From IMG/VR virus record IMGVR_UViG_3300017716_001271, positions 1-43,465 of that record: a stretch of 43,465 nt of DNA; one strand, written 5' to 3'. The notes beneath the pieces were generated by a model. It had not been told where the DNA came from, did not search any database, and saw only the letters and a list, made by a program, of their open reading frames with translations. The first letter of the stretch is position 1; each line of letters opens with the position of its first letter. The position numbers were made by a program, and so were the translations under genes. The stretch comes from a virus (lineage: Duplodnaviria; Caudoviricetes). This document shows, piece by piece, positions 33,730 through 43,465 of this stretch.

Positions 33730-36192
33730 TTAGACGACTGTTGAATAACCCCGCGCCACGACGCGCGACAGGTTGCCGTTAGTCCTAGACCATACCTCAA
33801 CTTCAAGCAACCCCAACGTCACGCCAAGCGTAATCGTGCTTCCCGACGTGAAGGGGTCAACGGTTGTCCAACCGCCGCCCGCAACTCGCCAGCGCATGAC
33901 ATAGTCGGTTCCGGCTTCCGCTGTACTGGCGGCGTCGTCATAGAACGCGACGTTGTCGGTAAGCCGGTTGCGCTCGCGCCAAGCAATCGCCGGGCTTGTC
34001 GAGTTCGTGACGGTAGCAGGCTGACGCGTTCCGCCAATGGTCAGGTACGCCGGGGGTGACGGCCTGTACGTGCGCTTGTCCATTGTGAAGGCGATATCAA
34101 CCGCAGACGCAAGCGAGTATTGGCCCCGCGTCGTGATATCGGTTATGCGAACGTTCCCGGCGTAATCTTGATCGTATGCCGCGTCAGACAGGCCGTCTGC
34201 ACTCGTCAGGAAGTAAATAGGCGTGTCAACAACGTGCGTTTCAAACGTCGTGTCAAACAGCGCCCGGTGTACGTTGGTCAGACGATAGGAACCGCCGCCA
34301 AGCGAAGTCACCGTGCGGTATGACATTAGCTCATTGCCGACAAGAATAAGATTGACGCCAAGCGACTGTATGTCTGCGTCGCCGCCCGCCGCAGTTGTGG
34401 GTACGAAGTCAGACGGCGCAAGGCCGTAAATGACCATACCCGTACCGCCGCTGTCAAAGCCGTCGTCGTCAGCCGTCGTGTCAGGGTACAGCGTTTGAAC
34501 GCGCCCCGAACCTGCATACGGGACAGTGTCAACAAGTTGCGTGTTGGTCGCGAATGCGTCGGTTGAAGCGTACGCGCTGAAGCCGGTTGAAGCCTCGTCA
34601 ACCTGTTCGGGCAACACCCAAATCAAGCCCTTGCTTTCAAGCACACTGACAAGCGGGCTGTCGGCTTGCTTCACGAAGTAGTACGGCGCTCCAATGACCT
34701 TGTACACCGTCACCGCGTCGGGCTCTGGCGAACCGCCGTCCCATTCGCTAGGCGCGGGCGGCGCAATCGTAACAGTGTTGTTGGCGTAAATGTCTTGGAA
34801 CGCCGACACCGTCACCTTGCCGTCGTCTAGCTCCCCAAGGTCAACTTCCTTCGTACGCATAATCAGCCGCTTGATACCAAGGCGGCGACACGTCAGCTTG
34901 AAGACGCTGTTAGGCCGCAGCGTTTGCCCGACAGCGCGGTTGCACTTGATATCGGCAGAGAACAGCGGGACAGACAGGGCCGCGCCTGTACGCGTCGCGA
35001 GGAACACCGCAAGGTCAGGGTCGTAACAGCCGGGGTGCGAGATTTGCGCGCTGCGTACTTTCGCCGTCGCTGCAATGTTGCCCGTGTCTTGCCAAACCGC
35101 CGGGCTGTTGTCTTGGTAATTGTTCTCCCGGTTTTTGAACATGACGCGAACCTGATTGACCGTGTCCGACCAAAGGTTGCGCGTGTAATTCGTAATGTCC
35201 GAAAGGTTGTCAACGTCAATTTCCGGCAGGGTGTCGGGGTCATAGTCCTGACGCTGAAGTCCAAGAATGAACTTGCCGGTTGCCGTGTCTTGGTACAGCA
35301 CGCCGTTTATTTGCTTCAGCAATTCCCCGATCAAGTCGGAACCGCGCGAAGGCCGCGACACTTGCAGCGACATAAAATGGTCTTCGTCGTACAGCATGTC
35401 GGCTGCGGCGAGGAACGACGCCGTATCAAGCCGCGCCGGATCAATCCCGAGCATGGCAAATTCAGTAACGCACATGTCGTACAAAATCTCTGCCGGGTTG
35501 GCGTCGAGATTGTTTGACATAATGTGCTTGCCGCCGGGAATACCAAGCGTGTTGTTGAAGCAATCAACCTCAATCGCGACAGGTTCGATATTCTGCGATT
35601 TGCCGAAGTAGAACCCGCGCATACTGACGTTGTTTTCCGTCAGTACCAAGTGTGCAATACCGTTGTATCGCGGTGCGCCCGCGCCGATATGGTGTGCAAG
35701 AAACGGGTCTTGCGTCTGCGGTACGTCGCCGTCGTAAAAGTACACCGTACCTTGCACGCCGCCGTTACGGCTTTCACCGCCGAACAGTTGCAGGTTGCTA
35801 ATCACTTGCGAGCCGCCGCCGGTCAGTGTCCCCGACCAAGCGAGATACTTACCGAAGTAAATCTTTCGCACGCGTACGTTGGGGCCAAGGCATAGCCCTA
35901 GCTGCATACCGATATAATAGTCATACGCGATTGTTACGCGCTTGCTCGAAAAGATACCCGTTGAAACTTTCTTCGTAATCGCCTTGCCGAGAAACGCGCC
36001 TGTCCAAAGCACGTTAGGCGACAACAGCTTGACCGTTCCGTACACCTTGTTGATTGGGTCGCCCTCGTTAGAGCGTGGGAACGTGAAGTCAGACAGCGCC
36101 GCTTTAACGGCGTCTGTCGGCTTTGTCTTGACGAGAAAGCCAACGGCGAGAAAGATAGCGGCGAAGACCGCGAACCATTCAAACGGGGTCAT
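33730..36192 (-). CDS. Central tail tip/hub protein (J-like, Phage-tail_3 type)
   Basis: FTFP..NEG.PI..VYGTV; LFGGE...GGVQG; DANPAEILYD; VGNELMSY...RALFDT. Confidence 0.85.
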   Translation of the reverse strand: MTPFEWFAVFAAIFLAVGFLVKTKPTDAVKAALSDFTFPRSNEGDPINKVYGTVKLLSPNVLWTGAFLGKAITKKVSTGIFSSKRVTIAYDYYIGMQLGLCLGPNVRVRKIYFGKYLAWSGTLTGGGSQVISNLQLFGGESRNGGVQGTVYFYDGDVPQTQDPFLAHHIGAGAPRYNGIAHLVLTENNVSMRGFYFGKSQNIEPVAIEVDCFNNTLGIPGGKHIMSNNLDANPAEILYDMCVTEFAMLGIDPARLDTASFLAAADMLYDEDHFMSLQVSRPSRGSDLIGELLKQINGVLYQDTATGKFILGLQRQDYDPDTLPEIDVDNLSDITNYTRNLWSDTVNQVRVMFKNRENNYQDNSPAVWQDTGNIAATAKVRSAQISHPGCYDPDLAVFLATRTGAALSVPLFSADIKCNRAVGQTLRPNSVFKLTCRRLGIKRLIMRTKEVDLGELDDGKVTVSAFQDIYANNTVTIAPPAPSEWDGGSPEPDAVTVYKVIGAPYYFVKQADSPLVSVLESKGLIWVLPEQVDEASTGFSAYASTDAFATNTQLVDTVPYAGSGRVQTLYPDTTADDDGFDSGGTGMVIYGLAPSDFVPTTAAGGDADIQSLGVNLILVGNELMSYRTVTSLGGGSYRLTNVHRALFDTTFETHVVDTPIYFLTSADGLSDAAYDQDYAGNVRITDITTRGQYSLASAVDIAFTMDKRTYRPSPPAYLTIGGTRQPATVTNSTSPAIAWRERNRLTDNVAFYDDAASTAEAGTDYVMRWRVAGGGWTTVDPFTSGSTITLGVTLGLLEVEVWSRTNGNLSRVVARGYSTVV

Positions 36193-36194
36193 GT

Positions 36195-36995
36195 CTAGTC
36201 AATACCGCTCACGAAGGGGTTGACGTTCGGAATGAACGGGAAGCCGCCGAAGTTAAGTTGATTGTTGAACTTGGTTAGGCAGTCGCCTTGATACGCCAAG
36301 TTGCAGCCGGGGTACATTGTGACGGGCATAGCGTACGCGCGTTTCGTCAGCGGGTAAGCGAGCGTCAGCACGTTGCCCACATGCGACACGATTTGCCGCT
36401 TTTCGTACGGCGTCTCAAGAAAGCCTGACCTGTAGTATTGGTCAGCTTGTCCGCCGTCGCTTTGAACCGTTACCGTGTTCGTGTCGTACGCCGTCATAAA
36501 CGAAAGGAACTTCAGCGCGTCGATATCGACACCGCAACGCGCGTTGCCAAGTACGTTGTTGCACGGCGTCTGATACAGGACAGAAGGAACCTCGCCAGAC
36601 ATGGCGCGCGTAATTTCGTTCGGCGTGATTATCTGCCCCGTCTCGCCGGATACGCGTACGTTCGTGACGTTGCCCGACCAATAAATAACAACGTCGGCGG
36701 GGTCGTGAAAGCGCGTCAGCGTCAGGTACAAATCAGGCGGCGAAACGCCGAAGCCGTACGCGAGTATCAACTTGTCGTCGGCGGGTAGGTCAATCGTCAA
36801 GTCGCTGTTGCCAGCTTGCGCGATAGTGACCTTGATACGGCTGCGTTTCATGGCCCGCGCAAGGTAGCGTTGACCGTTATAAATCACGTCTTCGTTGTGC
36901 GACGTGTAGTAATACGATTGGCACGTACCAACGAACGCGTATAGCTCAATCGGCTTTCCGGTATATACGCCGCTTTCGTCAGCATTGTACGTCAT
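36195..36995 (-). CDS. BR0599/DUF2163 family tail hub protein
   Basis: YQTPCNNVL....C; YPGC.....DC..KFNN..NFGGFPFIP signature. Confidence 0.9.
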   Translation of the reverse strand: MTYNADESGVYTGKPIELYAFVGTCQSYYYTSHNEDVIYNGQRYLARAMKRSRIKVTIAQAGNSDLTIDLPADDKLILAYGFGVSPPDLYLTLTRFHDPADVVIYWSGNVTNVRVSGETGQIITPNEITRAMSGEVPSVLYQTPCNNVLGNARCGVDIDALKFLSFMTAYDTNTVTVQSDGGQADQYYRSGFLETPYEKRQIVSHVGNVLTLAYPLTKRAYAMPVTMYPGCNLAYQGDCLTKFNNQLNFGGFPFIPNVNPFVSGID

Positions 36996-39900
36996 TGGTC
37001 GGTTGTCCGAATGTTGAACGTAACGTCAGTGTACCAAGCATAATGTGTCAGGTTGAATGCGTCGTCATTCACCCGAGACAGCGGCGCGAGCATGACCTTA
37101 GTAACGGTCGGCATGGGATTGGGCAAGGCTTCGTTGAGGGTCAAAACCGTATCGCCGCCCGACAGAGCAACCGCCGTCACTTGCCTTACAATCAGCCCGC
37201 CCGCGTGTTCAAAAGCAACATACCTGAAGCCCGCGTGCTTCCAATAGTACGTAAAGTATTCGTCGCTTTCGATAGTCGCGAACGAAGACCCGTCAGCCGC
37301 AAGCACAAGGTCAAAGTCGTTGCGCCATGTCGGCGCGAGGAACGGCTTGTATGACCCCTTCGTGTATTCGCAGAAAGTGCGGAACCATTCAACGTCAGGC
37401 GGCGACGCGCTGCGGCCATTCAAGCGCGACAGGCGGAAGGTACGCGGCCCGGCCAAGTCGGTACGGTCCCAAGGGTTGACATAGCTGTTGACGCCCGGCC
37501 CGATATCAAGACGCGACGCGCCAGTGATTGCCGCCTGTTCAAACGACGTACCGATTGGGCGACGGTCAAGTATGGGTATGTCTTCGCAGTCGGGAAGCGT
37601 GACAGTCGGCGCAAAGGCGTTCGTCACTGGCGAGATAGTCGCCGCGTCCAAGCCGGTAAGCTGCGTGTCTGCGAACGTGTCAGGCGCAACGCGTTTCAGG
37701 TTCGTACCGGACGCAACAAAGTTGTACGTCAGCGGCATGATTTGCGCGGCGACAGTGAACGCCGGGCCGATAGTATCCGACAGCCGCGCGCCGTCTGCAA
37801 ACACCGTCTTTACACGGACGATTTGGAACGTATCGCCGTCTTGAATGTAAGCGTATCCGCCGTCGCGAAGGTTCGTTTTCGACGCGTCAAAGTATATGCG
37901 GGTGTCGCCCGTAGTTGTGGGCTGCGTAAGTTTCGTTTTGTACGGCCAATGCGGCATAGGAACCGGCTTGCCTAGCTCTGTCCAAATCGCGCGCCAGACG
38001 CGGCGAAGGTCAGGCGAGTTGTCGAGTGCGAAGCGGTGCGTAAGTTCAATGCGCGGCGACGAACGAATTGCAATGCGCTGTTCGGTCCCGTCGTCTGACG
38101 TGATTACGTCAGTGCGCCATTTCCAAGCCTCGTCAATCGGTTCTTCCGGCAGTACCCAATTGAACGGGCGTTGAATGATATTGCCCACAATGAGCGCGCC
38201 GGATTGAGTGACGCCGCCGTTGGCTGTCTGTTGTGCAACAACAACCGCGCCCGATTGGAACGTCTGAAGCGGAGCGTTCAACACGACGATTGCGAGCAAG
38301 CCCGATTGTTCAACCGTGACTGGCGGTGTTGGCGGGGTTGTGTCGTCGTCCCAATCCAACATAAGCGACATGAAAAGGAACGCGCCGGTTGTCGCGGTAA
38401 AGTCAAGGTCAAAGCCGTCCGTCGTGAACGCGTCAAAGGCTGCAACAATGTCGCCAAAGTTTGCGCCGTCACCCATGATAATAACGTTGCCGTTGTCGCT
38501 TGACTTCACGGCGGCAACTGTCGGGTCAACGTTGTTCTGATTGCGGAGCGCGTGAACGCCAACTTTCAGCGGGTCGGTAGGGTCCGAAACCATGCCGACA
38601 TAATGCGAAGCAAGCGCGGCGGTTTCACCTTCCGGCGTATTGATAGTCGTGTACCCGCCGCCTGCAACAAGTGCAACGCGCGGCGTGAAGCCCGCCCCGG
38701 TGTAACTTTCAATCCCTGTCGTTGCTTTCGTCAGGAAGTCGTCAAGGTGCGCCCGAATGCCGGGCATTTTGACGGCGAGGAACGACGCAAATTCGCTAGA
38801 CGCTGACGCGCTAGGCGTGACGCTGTACCCTTGGCTGTCGTACGAACCAATAGTCACGCCGTACACGTTCGTTGGGTCGGGTGTCGCGCCGGTCAGGCGG
38901 TGCAAAATGCGGTCATTGAATAGCGAGCCGCCGGGGCGCGAAACTGTCAGCGTACCCGCGCTTTCAACCGTCGTGAAACAGCGTTGAGTGTCGGCCCCGT
39001 CGTTGAGCCCGATACCGAATGACTTACCCGCGCCGCCAATGCTACCCGCCGCCGTGCGGAACGCTGACACGGCGAACACAACGTCAGGTTCAAAGTCGGG
39101 CGCGGTAACGTCAATCGCTGACGTACCCGTCCCCAAGTTTTGCGCGTTCAAGTGTGCTTCAACGTCTTCGCCCGCCAGAACAAGCATTGTCCAACGGCGA
39201 GTTTGCGACAGTGAAATTGGCGCGTTTAGGAAGTTGATTGCAACAAGGTTGTTCGCGAAGCCGACTAAGCGAACGTCCCAATCCTGACTAAACGTGCTTC
39301 CGGTAAATTCAAGCACGTTGTTGTTATAGACACGCGAGCTAACTTGCGTGCTGCTTGCGTGATTGTGCAGCGTTGAGTGTTGGTGTTGTGCGTCTGACGC
39401 CGTTGCAACAGAGAACGTGAAAGCCGGGCCGCGAACACCGCCGCCTAAACTTTCGGTCGCGTCGTTGCCGGGGTCATGGTTCACGCCGACAAGTACAATT
39501 GCTTTCGGCGTGCGTCCGCCAAGGTCAACCGGGATAAGTACAACGCCTTTGGCGGCTTGCTGGAAAGTCACAACTTGCGCGTACACGTCGTCAAGTACAG
39601 CCGCCGTTGAGTTGGTCGCAATCCCGACCATAATAAGTTGCTTCGCCCCGGCCCCGGCGGCGGTGTAATCAAGCGTGACGCCGTCGCTAATCCATGCGCT
39701 AACGCTGGCGACGTGTTCAAGTACAGTCGTGTTGTTGCCGAGCGCGAGTACGTCGCCCACACGCGCCGCTGAATAGGTGTCTGACGGGTCGGCGGCGGGG
39801 TTTATCGCCATGCCGTACACGCCTTGCGCTGACGCGTTCGCAACACCGAAGCAAGCGCCGCTTCCGGCTGTCGTGTCGCGTGCGCCGCCGCTAACTGCGG

Positions 39901-40828
39901 TGTTCGTTGAGCCTAACAGGAACAGCGTGTCAGGGTCGAAACCGAAGCCGGTATAATTCTGCGTTCCCGTGCTTGTCTTGGTCGTACCGGCCTGTACCTT
40001 TATGTCGGCTTCGCCAAGTATCAGCGCAAGGTAATTCACGCGCGAAGCTGTCACGCTCCCAAGCGTACCAAGCGTCGTCGTCAAGTCAAAGCCTGACGCG
40101 TTGAAGTTCGTAACCGACAGAGCCGCGCCAAGCGTTCCTAGTGTCGGGTTTGCGAGAGGAAGCGCGGCGGTCGGGTGTACGTACGAAGACGGCGCGGGAC
40201 CGGCTGCAAGTGCGTCGTCGTCGCTGTAGCAAATCCCCATTTGCCCGTTGCCGTTGGTCGCCCAACCCATAGCAAACGCAAGGTCGCCAAATTGTCCGCT
40301 TAGATCGCTCCCGCCATGCCAAGGCGTAGCGACAAACACTAGGTCAGGTTGAAACCCGACAGTTGCGGACACGCTGCTATTGCCTGTCGCGTTCGCCAGT
40401 GTACCGGCTTGCGTTTGCACGTCACGCCCGGCGTAAAAGATCGCAGTATATCGCGACGCGCCGCCGCCAATGTTGAGAAAGTTTAGGCGAACCCCGTTGC
40501 GGATAAACGCAACCGCAGACGCGCGAACGTAGTTGTTCGGCGTGTTGATAACGCTTGTATCCGACCATTCGGACCCGTCGTCAGACGCGGCGAGGTTGTC
40601 AAGCGCGTACATAGACGACGCGCGTTGTTGTATGCCGTCATACATGCCCACACTGAAGGTTGCATGTACGCCGTCAGCGCCCGCGCTGCTGTCGAGATAA
40701 TCGCCGCCGAAAATGATTACGCCCTTGGGCGTATGCCCGGCAAGCTGCGTCGCGTCGATAACGTCAAGCAGCCCGATTGCAGCCGGGCTGTCAAAGTTGA
40801 CGATTGCAATAATTACTTCCGCAGCCAT
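36992..40828 (-). CDS. Distal tail protein with large repeated N-terminal region (candidate receptor-binding)
   Basis: C-terminal part has WRTDVITSDDGTEQRIAIR..PR and KG...PF..PTW; N-terminal ~830 aa has six G/D-x-x-P-x-x-(V/I/L) repeats. Confidence 0.75.
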   Translation of the reverse strand: MAAEVIIAIVNFDSPAAIGLLDVIDATQLAGHTPKGVIIFGGDYLDSSAGADGVHATFSVGMYDGIQQRASSMYALDNLAASDDGSEWSDTSVINTPNNYVRASAVAFIRNGVRLNFLNIGGGASRYTAIFYAGRDVQTQAGTLANATGNSSVSATVGFQPDLVFVATPWHGGSDLSGQFGDLAFAMGWATNGNGQMGICYSDDDALAAGPAPSSYVHPTAALPLANPTLGTLGAALSVTNFNASGFDLTTTLGTLGSVTASRVNYLALILGEADIKVQAGTTKTSTGTQNYTGFGFDPDTLFLLGSTNTAVSGGARDTTAGSGACFGVANASAQGVYGMAINPAADPSDTYSAARVGDVLALGNNTTVLEHVASVSAWISDGVTLDYTAAGAGAKQLIMVGIATNSTAAVLDDVYAQVVTFQQAAKGVVLIPVDLGGRTPKAIVLVGVNHDPGNDATESLGGGVRGPAFTFSVATASDAQHQHSTLHNHASSTQVSSRVYNNNVLEFTGSTFSQDWDVRLVGFANNLVAINFLNAPISLSQTRRWTMLVLAGEDVEAHLNAQNLGTGTSAIDVTAPDFEPDVVFAVSAFRTAAGSIGGAGKSFGIGLNDGADTQRCFTTVESAGTLTVSRPGGSLFNDRILHRLTGATPDPTNVYGVTIGSYDSQGYSVTPSASASSEFASFLAVKMPGIRAHLDDFLTKATTGIESYTGAGFTPRVALVAGGGYTTINTPEGETAALASHYVGMVSDPTDPLKVGVHALRNQNNVDPTVAAVKSSDNGNVIIMGDGANFGDIVAAFDAFTTDGFDLDFTATTGAFLFMSLMLDWDDDTTPPTPPVTVEQSGLLAIVVLNAPLQTFQSGAVVVAQQTANGGVTQSGALIVGNIIQRPFNWVLPEEPIDEAWKWRTDVITSDDGTEQRIAIRSSPRIELTHRFALDNSPDLRRVWRAIWTELGKPVPMPHWPYKTKLTQPTTTGDTRIYFDASKTNLRDGGYAYIQDGDTFQIVRVKTVFADGARLSDTIGPAFTVAAQIMPLTYNFVASGTNLKRVAPDTFADTQLTGLDAATISPVTNAFAPTVTLPDCEDIPILDRRPIGTSFEQAAITGASRLDIGPGVNSYVNPWDRTDLAGPRTFRLSRLNGRSASPPDVEWFRTFCEYTKGSYKPFLAPTWRNDFDLVLAADGSSFATIESDEYFTYYWKHAGFRYVAFEHAGGLIVRQVTAVALSGGDTVLTLNEALPNPMPTVTKVMLAPLSRVNDDAFNLTHYAWYTDVTFNIRTTDQ

Positions 40829-41874
40829 TACGCAACCTTGCGAATGTAAATTTGCATGTCTTCAACGCCCGCAACGTCCCAAGGCAAGCCCGTATCGGGG
40901 TCAACTTGGAATACGTCGTTATAGTACCCCGCCGTCGTCGTTGGCGAGTGTACCGCGCCGTCGCCGTCAACAGCATTCGACACAACGCCTTGTTGGAACG
41001 TCGCCGTTCCGGCGCTCGCTTTCGAGACAAGCGAGAACCGTTGCACGGCTTTGACAAGCGAGACGTTGCCGACACTGAATGTAGGCATTTCAAAGTCGCT
41101 GCGGTCGCCCGGTGTTGCGGCTTCAAGGTAGTCGGCGTCAGGCGGAATGTCGTCAAGAATAACGTACCCGACCGTACCCGTTGACTTTGTCCAATCAGCG
41201 GTTGCGGTGTCGGCGTTCGGCATGTGCGTAAATACCGACACGTCGCCTAGAAAGTCGTCATTCTCGCCGCCCAAGTCATCCCATACAACAAGGTCTTCAA
41301 TGTACCAAGTCGTGAAACCGCTTGCCCCGGCGCGGTCGTCAAACGTGCATTGTTCGGCGGTCGCCGCCGCGCCAAGGTTCACGCCGCTAACGTCAATAAC
41401 GACGACTTCGTTGACGCGTACTTCGCACTCGCCGCCCGTCCCGGCGAACGTGTACTTAACTTCAACATGGTTCCATGTCGCCGCAGCAAGTACGCCAGCC
41501 GCCGAACTAAACAGCGTCGTACCCGCGCTGTTGCGAAGACGGATTGCGCCGGTTGTTCCAATGGTCAAGCAGCACATTTGATTGTTGAACGTGTCGCTTA
41601 TGCGCGCCATACGCAAAATGTCGCTGTCTTCGCCTGACGGTAGTGTGTCAACGCGAACGGCGAACGCGACGCCGACAACGTCTTTAGGCGCGGGGAATGC
41701 GAACCGCATACCTGACCCGGTGTTGTCGTTGCCCGACCATGCGTTGCCGCCCGTGCGGCTAACCGACGACTGCGGCCCGCTACCGGATGAAGACCAATTG
41801 CGTTTGAGCATGTTAGCGAGCCCGGTTGCGCCGGTCCCGTAATGGTCAAACCCGTCAGCGTAAAATACCGCCAT
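40828..41874 (-). CDS. Virion structural tail protein (beta-rich, lectin/LamG-like)
   Basis: DGFDHY start; WNHVEVK..GECEVRVN; YIEDLVVWD..G..NDDFLG; DPDTG.PW; follows the tape measure. Confidence 0.72.
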   Translation of the reverse strand: MAVFYADGFDHYGTGATGLANMLKRNWSSSGSGPQSSVSRTGGNAWSGNDNTGSGMRFAFPAPKDVVGVAFAVRVDTLPSGEDSDILRMARISDTFNNQMCCLTIGTTGAIRLRNSAGTTLFSSAAGVLAAATWNHVEVKYTFAGTGGECEVRVNEVVVIDVSGVNLGAAATAEQCTFDDRAGASGFTTWYIEDLVVWDDLGGENDDFLGDVSVFTHMPNADTATADWTKSTGTVGYVILDDIPPDADYLEAATPGDRSDFEMPTFSVGNVSLVKAVQRFSLVSKASAGTATFQQGVVSNAVDGDGAVHSPTTTAGYYNDVFQVDPDTGLPWDVAGVEDMQIYIRKVA

Positions 41875-41878
41875 GTTC

Positions 41879-43465
41879 CTACCCCGCCGCCGTCTGTTTC
41901 ACTACGTCGGGATTACGACGCAGAATGTTGAGTACAACCGCTTCGCCTTCCGGCGTGTCGAGTGCAGACAATGCCTCTTGCGGGTCAATCACGTTCACAA
42001 CCTTGACAGGTACGTTGACTTGCGGAGCCGGGGCGGCGGCGTTGTTACCGCGTCCGCGCTGTTGCGCCGCTGTCTCGACTGTCACGCGTTCGCCCTTCGT
42101 GACGCTCATTTGTACAAGGTTCGTGTCAACGCCCGCGCGTCCGCCGACTGTGAATTGTCCGCCGTCTTTGAATGCGCCGACGTTTTGCGCTTTGATATTC
42201 GCGACGTTCACGGCGGCGGTAGCAGCGACGCCAGCCGCAGCGATGAAGTTGAACGGCGGCGGGAATGCAGACAGCGCCTTTTGCGACGCAAGAATGCCGT
42301 CAATGATAGCTTGCGAGATAGCGGCGGCTTTGCCAATCGCTGCAATCTTTTTGTTACCGCTCGACTGTAGCCCGGCGAACGAACTAAAAAAGTCTTTCGC
42401 TTGCGTAAGGCGTTCTTCGGTTGCCTTATACGCAATGTTCAACTTGGCTTTCTCTGCCGTTTGGTGCGAGATAAGATCAGCTTGCCGCAGCCGGTCAATC
42501 TCTTGATACATAAGCGCCATGTTATCAGTATAGAACGTTTGCGCCGTGATATCGTTTAGCACGGCTTGCACCGCGCTTTGCGCCCGCAACTGTTGTTCAA
42601 GCGCAAGCGTCGTATCGCGTACCGACATGCCAAGGGCCGATTGCGCGAATTGAGCGAACGTCATACCCGCCGCCAGTGTGGGCAACAGGGTATTGTACAG
42701 TTGAAGTTGAGCATTCAACACGGCCTGTTCGTCGCCGTATGCCATAGCGAGCATTTGCGCTTCAGCCGTGCTGCGGTTGTATTCGTACAGCGGGTCAGTC
42801 GCTTGCTTGTACGCGAGTTCGGCCCGCGCTACGGCTTGCGTGTAAGCGTCCTGACTGATTTGACCTTCGTACATAAGCACGAAGTTAGCGCCAAGCGCCA
42901 AGTTGTACGCGTCAAGTGGGCCGTTCGCGTCGTCGTACGCTTGCGACAGGGCGGCTTGAAACTTCGCGCTGTCTTGCAGAACCTTTTGCGCGGCAAGCTG
43001 CTTATTGATCCAATCTTGAGTTGCGACGACGCCCTTAGACAGCGCCGCTTGCACTTGCGCTTGCACCGTCTGTTGTCGCTGTAGTTCGTCGCCAAAGAAC
43101 CCGGTCAACGCGGTCGCGTTCTCAACCGTGCGTTCGTATTCAGCGAACGGGTTTTGCGCGTCTTGCAGAGCGCGGGCGCTTTTCAGCACTTCGCGTTCGT
43201 ACTCTGCTTGCGTGATTATTCCTTCTCGCAACAGTCGCGTTGCGCCTTGCAGCGTCGCCGTCCAAGTTTTTTGAGCGCCCGTAACCTCTTCAAGTATTCT
43301 ATCTGTTTCCTTCTGTACGCGTGCGTACGATTGGATTGTTTGCAGCTTTTGCCGGATCGTCGCCAATTCTTGTGCATCGAGAGGTTTCTTATTCTCTGCG
43401 AAGTTAAGCGCGATTTGGTCAAGCTGTTCCTGTACGCGTCGTGCGTCCGCCAGCTTGTACATTGA
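41879..43465 (-). CDS. Tape measure protein, C-terminal part (enters from the window end)
   Basis: Frame open to 43465; Ala/Gln-rich helical; IGKAAAISQAII; FKDGGQFTVGG..G.D...KGERV C-terminal motif. Confidence 0.9.
   Translation of the reverse strand, partial: SMYKLADARRVQEQLDQIALNFAENKKPLDAQELATIRQKLQTIQSYARVQKETDRILEEVTGAQKTWTATLQGATRLLREGIITQAEYEREVLKSARALQDAQNPFAEYERTVENATALTGFFGDELQRQQTVQAQVQAALSKGVVATQDWINKQLAAQKVLQDSAKFQAALSQAYDDANGPLDAYNLALGANFVLMYEGQISQDAYTQAVARAELAYKQATDPLYEYNRSTAEAQMLAMAYGDEQAVLNAQLQLYNTLLPTLAAGMTFAQFAQSALGMSVRDTTLALEQQLRAQSAVQAVLNDITAQTFYTDNMALMYQEIDRLRQADLISHQTAEKAKLNIAYKATEERLTQAKDFFSSFAGLQSSGNKKIAAIGKAAAISQAIIDGILASQKALSAFPPPFNFIAAAGVAATAAVNVANIKAQNVGAFKDGGQFTVGGRAGVDTNLVQMSVTKGERVTVETAAQQRGRGNNAAAPAPQVNVPVKVVNVIDPQEALSALDTPEGEAVVLNILRRNPDVVKQTAAG

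Overview
The window is a near-complete, circularly permuted genome of a GC-rich (roughly 60% by eye) siphovirus, apparently strictly lytic: no integrase, repressor-att module, tRNA or CRISPR array was seen. The tape-measure gene is split across the two window ends. The minus strand carries the tail tip and tape measure (33.5-43.5 kb, continuing at 1-1.2 kb), tail/head/terminase genes (1.2-12.4 kb), a lysis cassette (12.4-14.0 kb), many small early genes behind repeated TTGACA promoters (14-21.7 kb), an AT-rich repeat-rich putative origin (21.2-21.5 kb), an HhH-glycosylase-like gene and an NrS-1-like prim-pol/helicase. The plus strand (25-33.3 kb) carries Sak4-like ATPase, DUF669 SSB, Cas4-like exonuclease, SF2 helicase, a sliding-clamp-like protein and a family A DNA polymerase. 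Gene content resembles Pseudomonas phage 73/KL1-type siphoviruses; the host is inferred, not shown, to be an alphaproteobacterium. Main observations: (1) GANTC (CcrM/HinfI site) and several 6-bp palindromes are almost entirely purged, and the survivors I found cluster in about 75 bp at 33.3 kb; (2) the glycosylase-like protein carries a QLDMF beta-clamp motif and is coupled to the prim-pol; (3) a cryptic reading frame after the SSB ends in DIPF, like the host SSB tail; (4) a hairpin occludes the capsid RBS; (5) the distal tail protein has six tandem repeat domains. All family assignments come from motif recognition and all motif counts are by eye; no searches were run.
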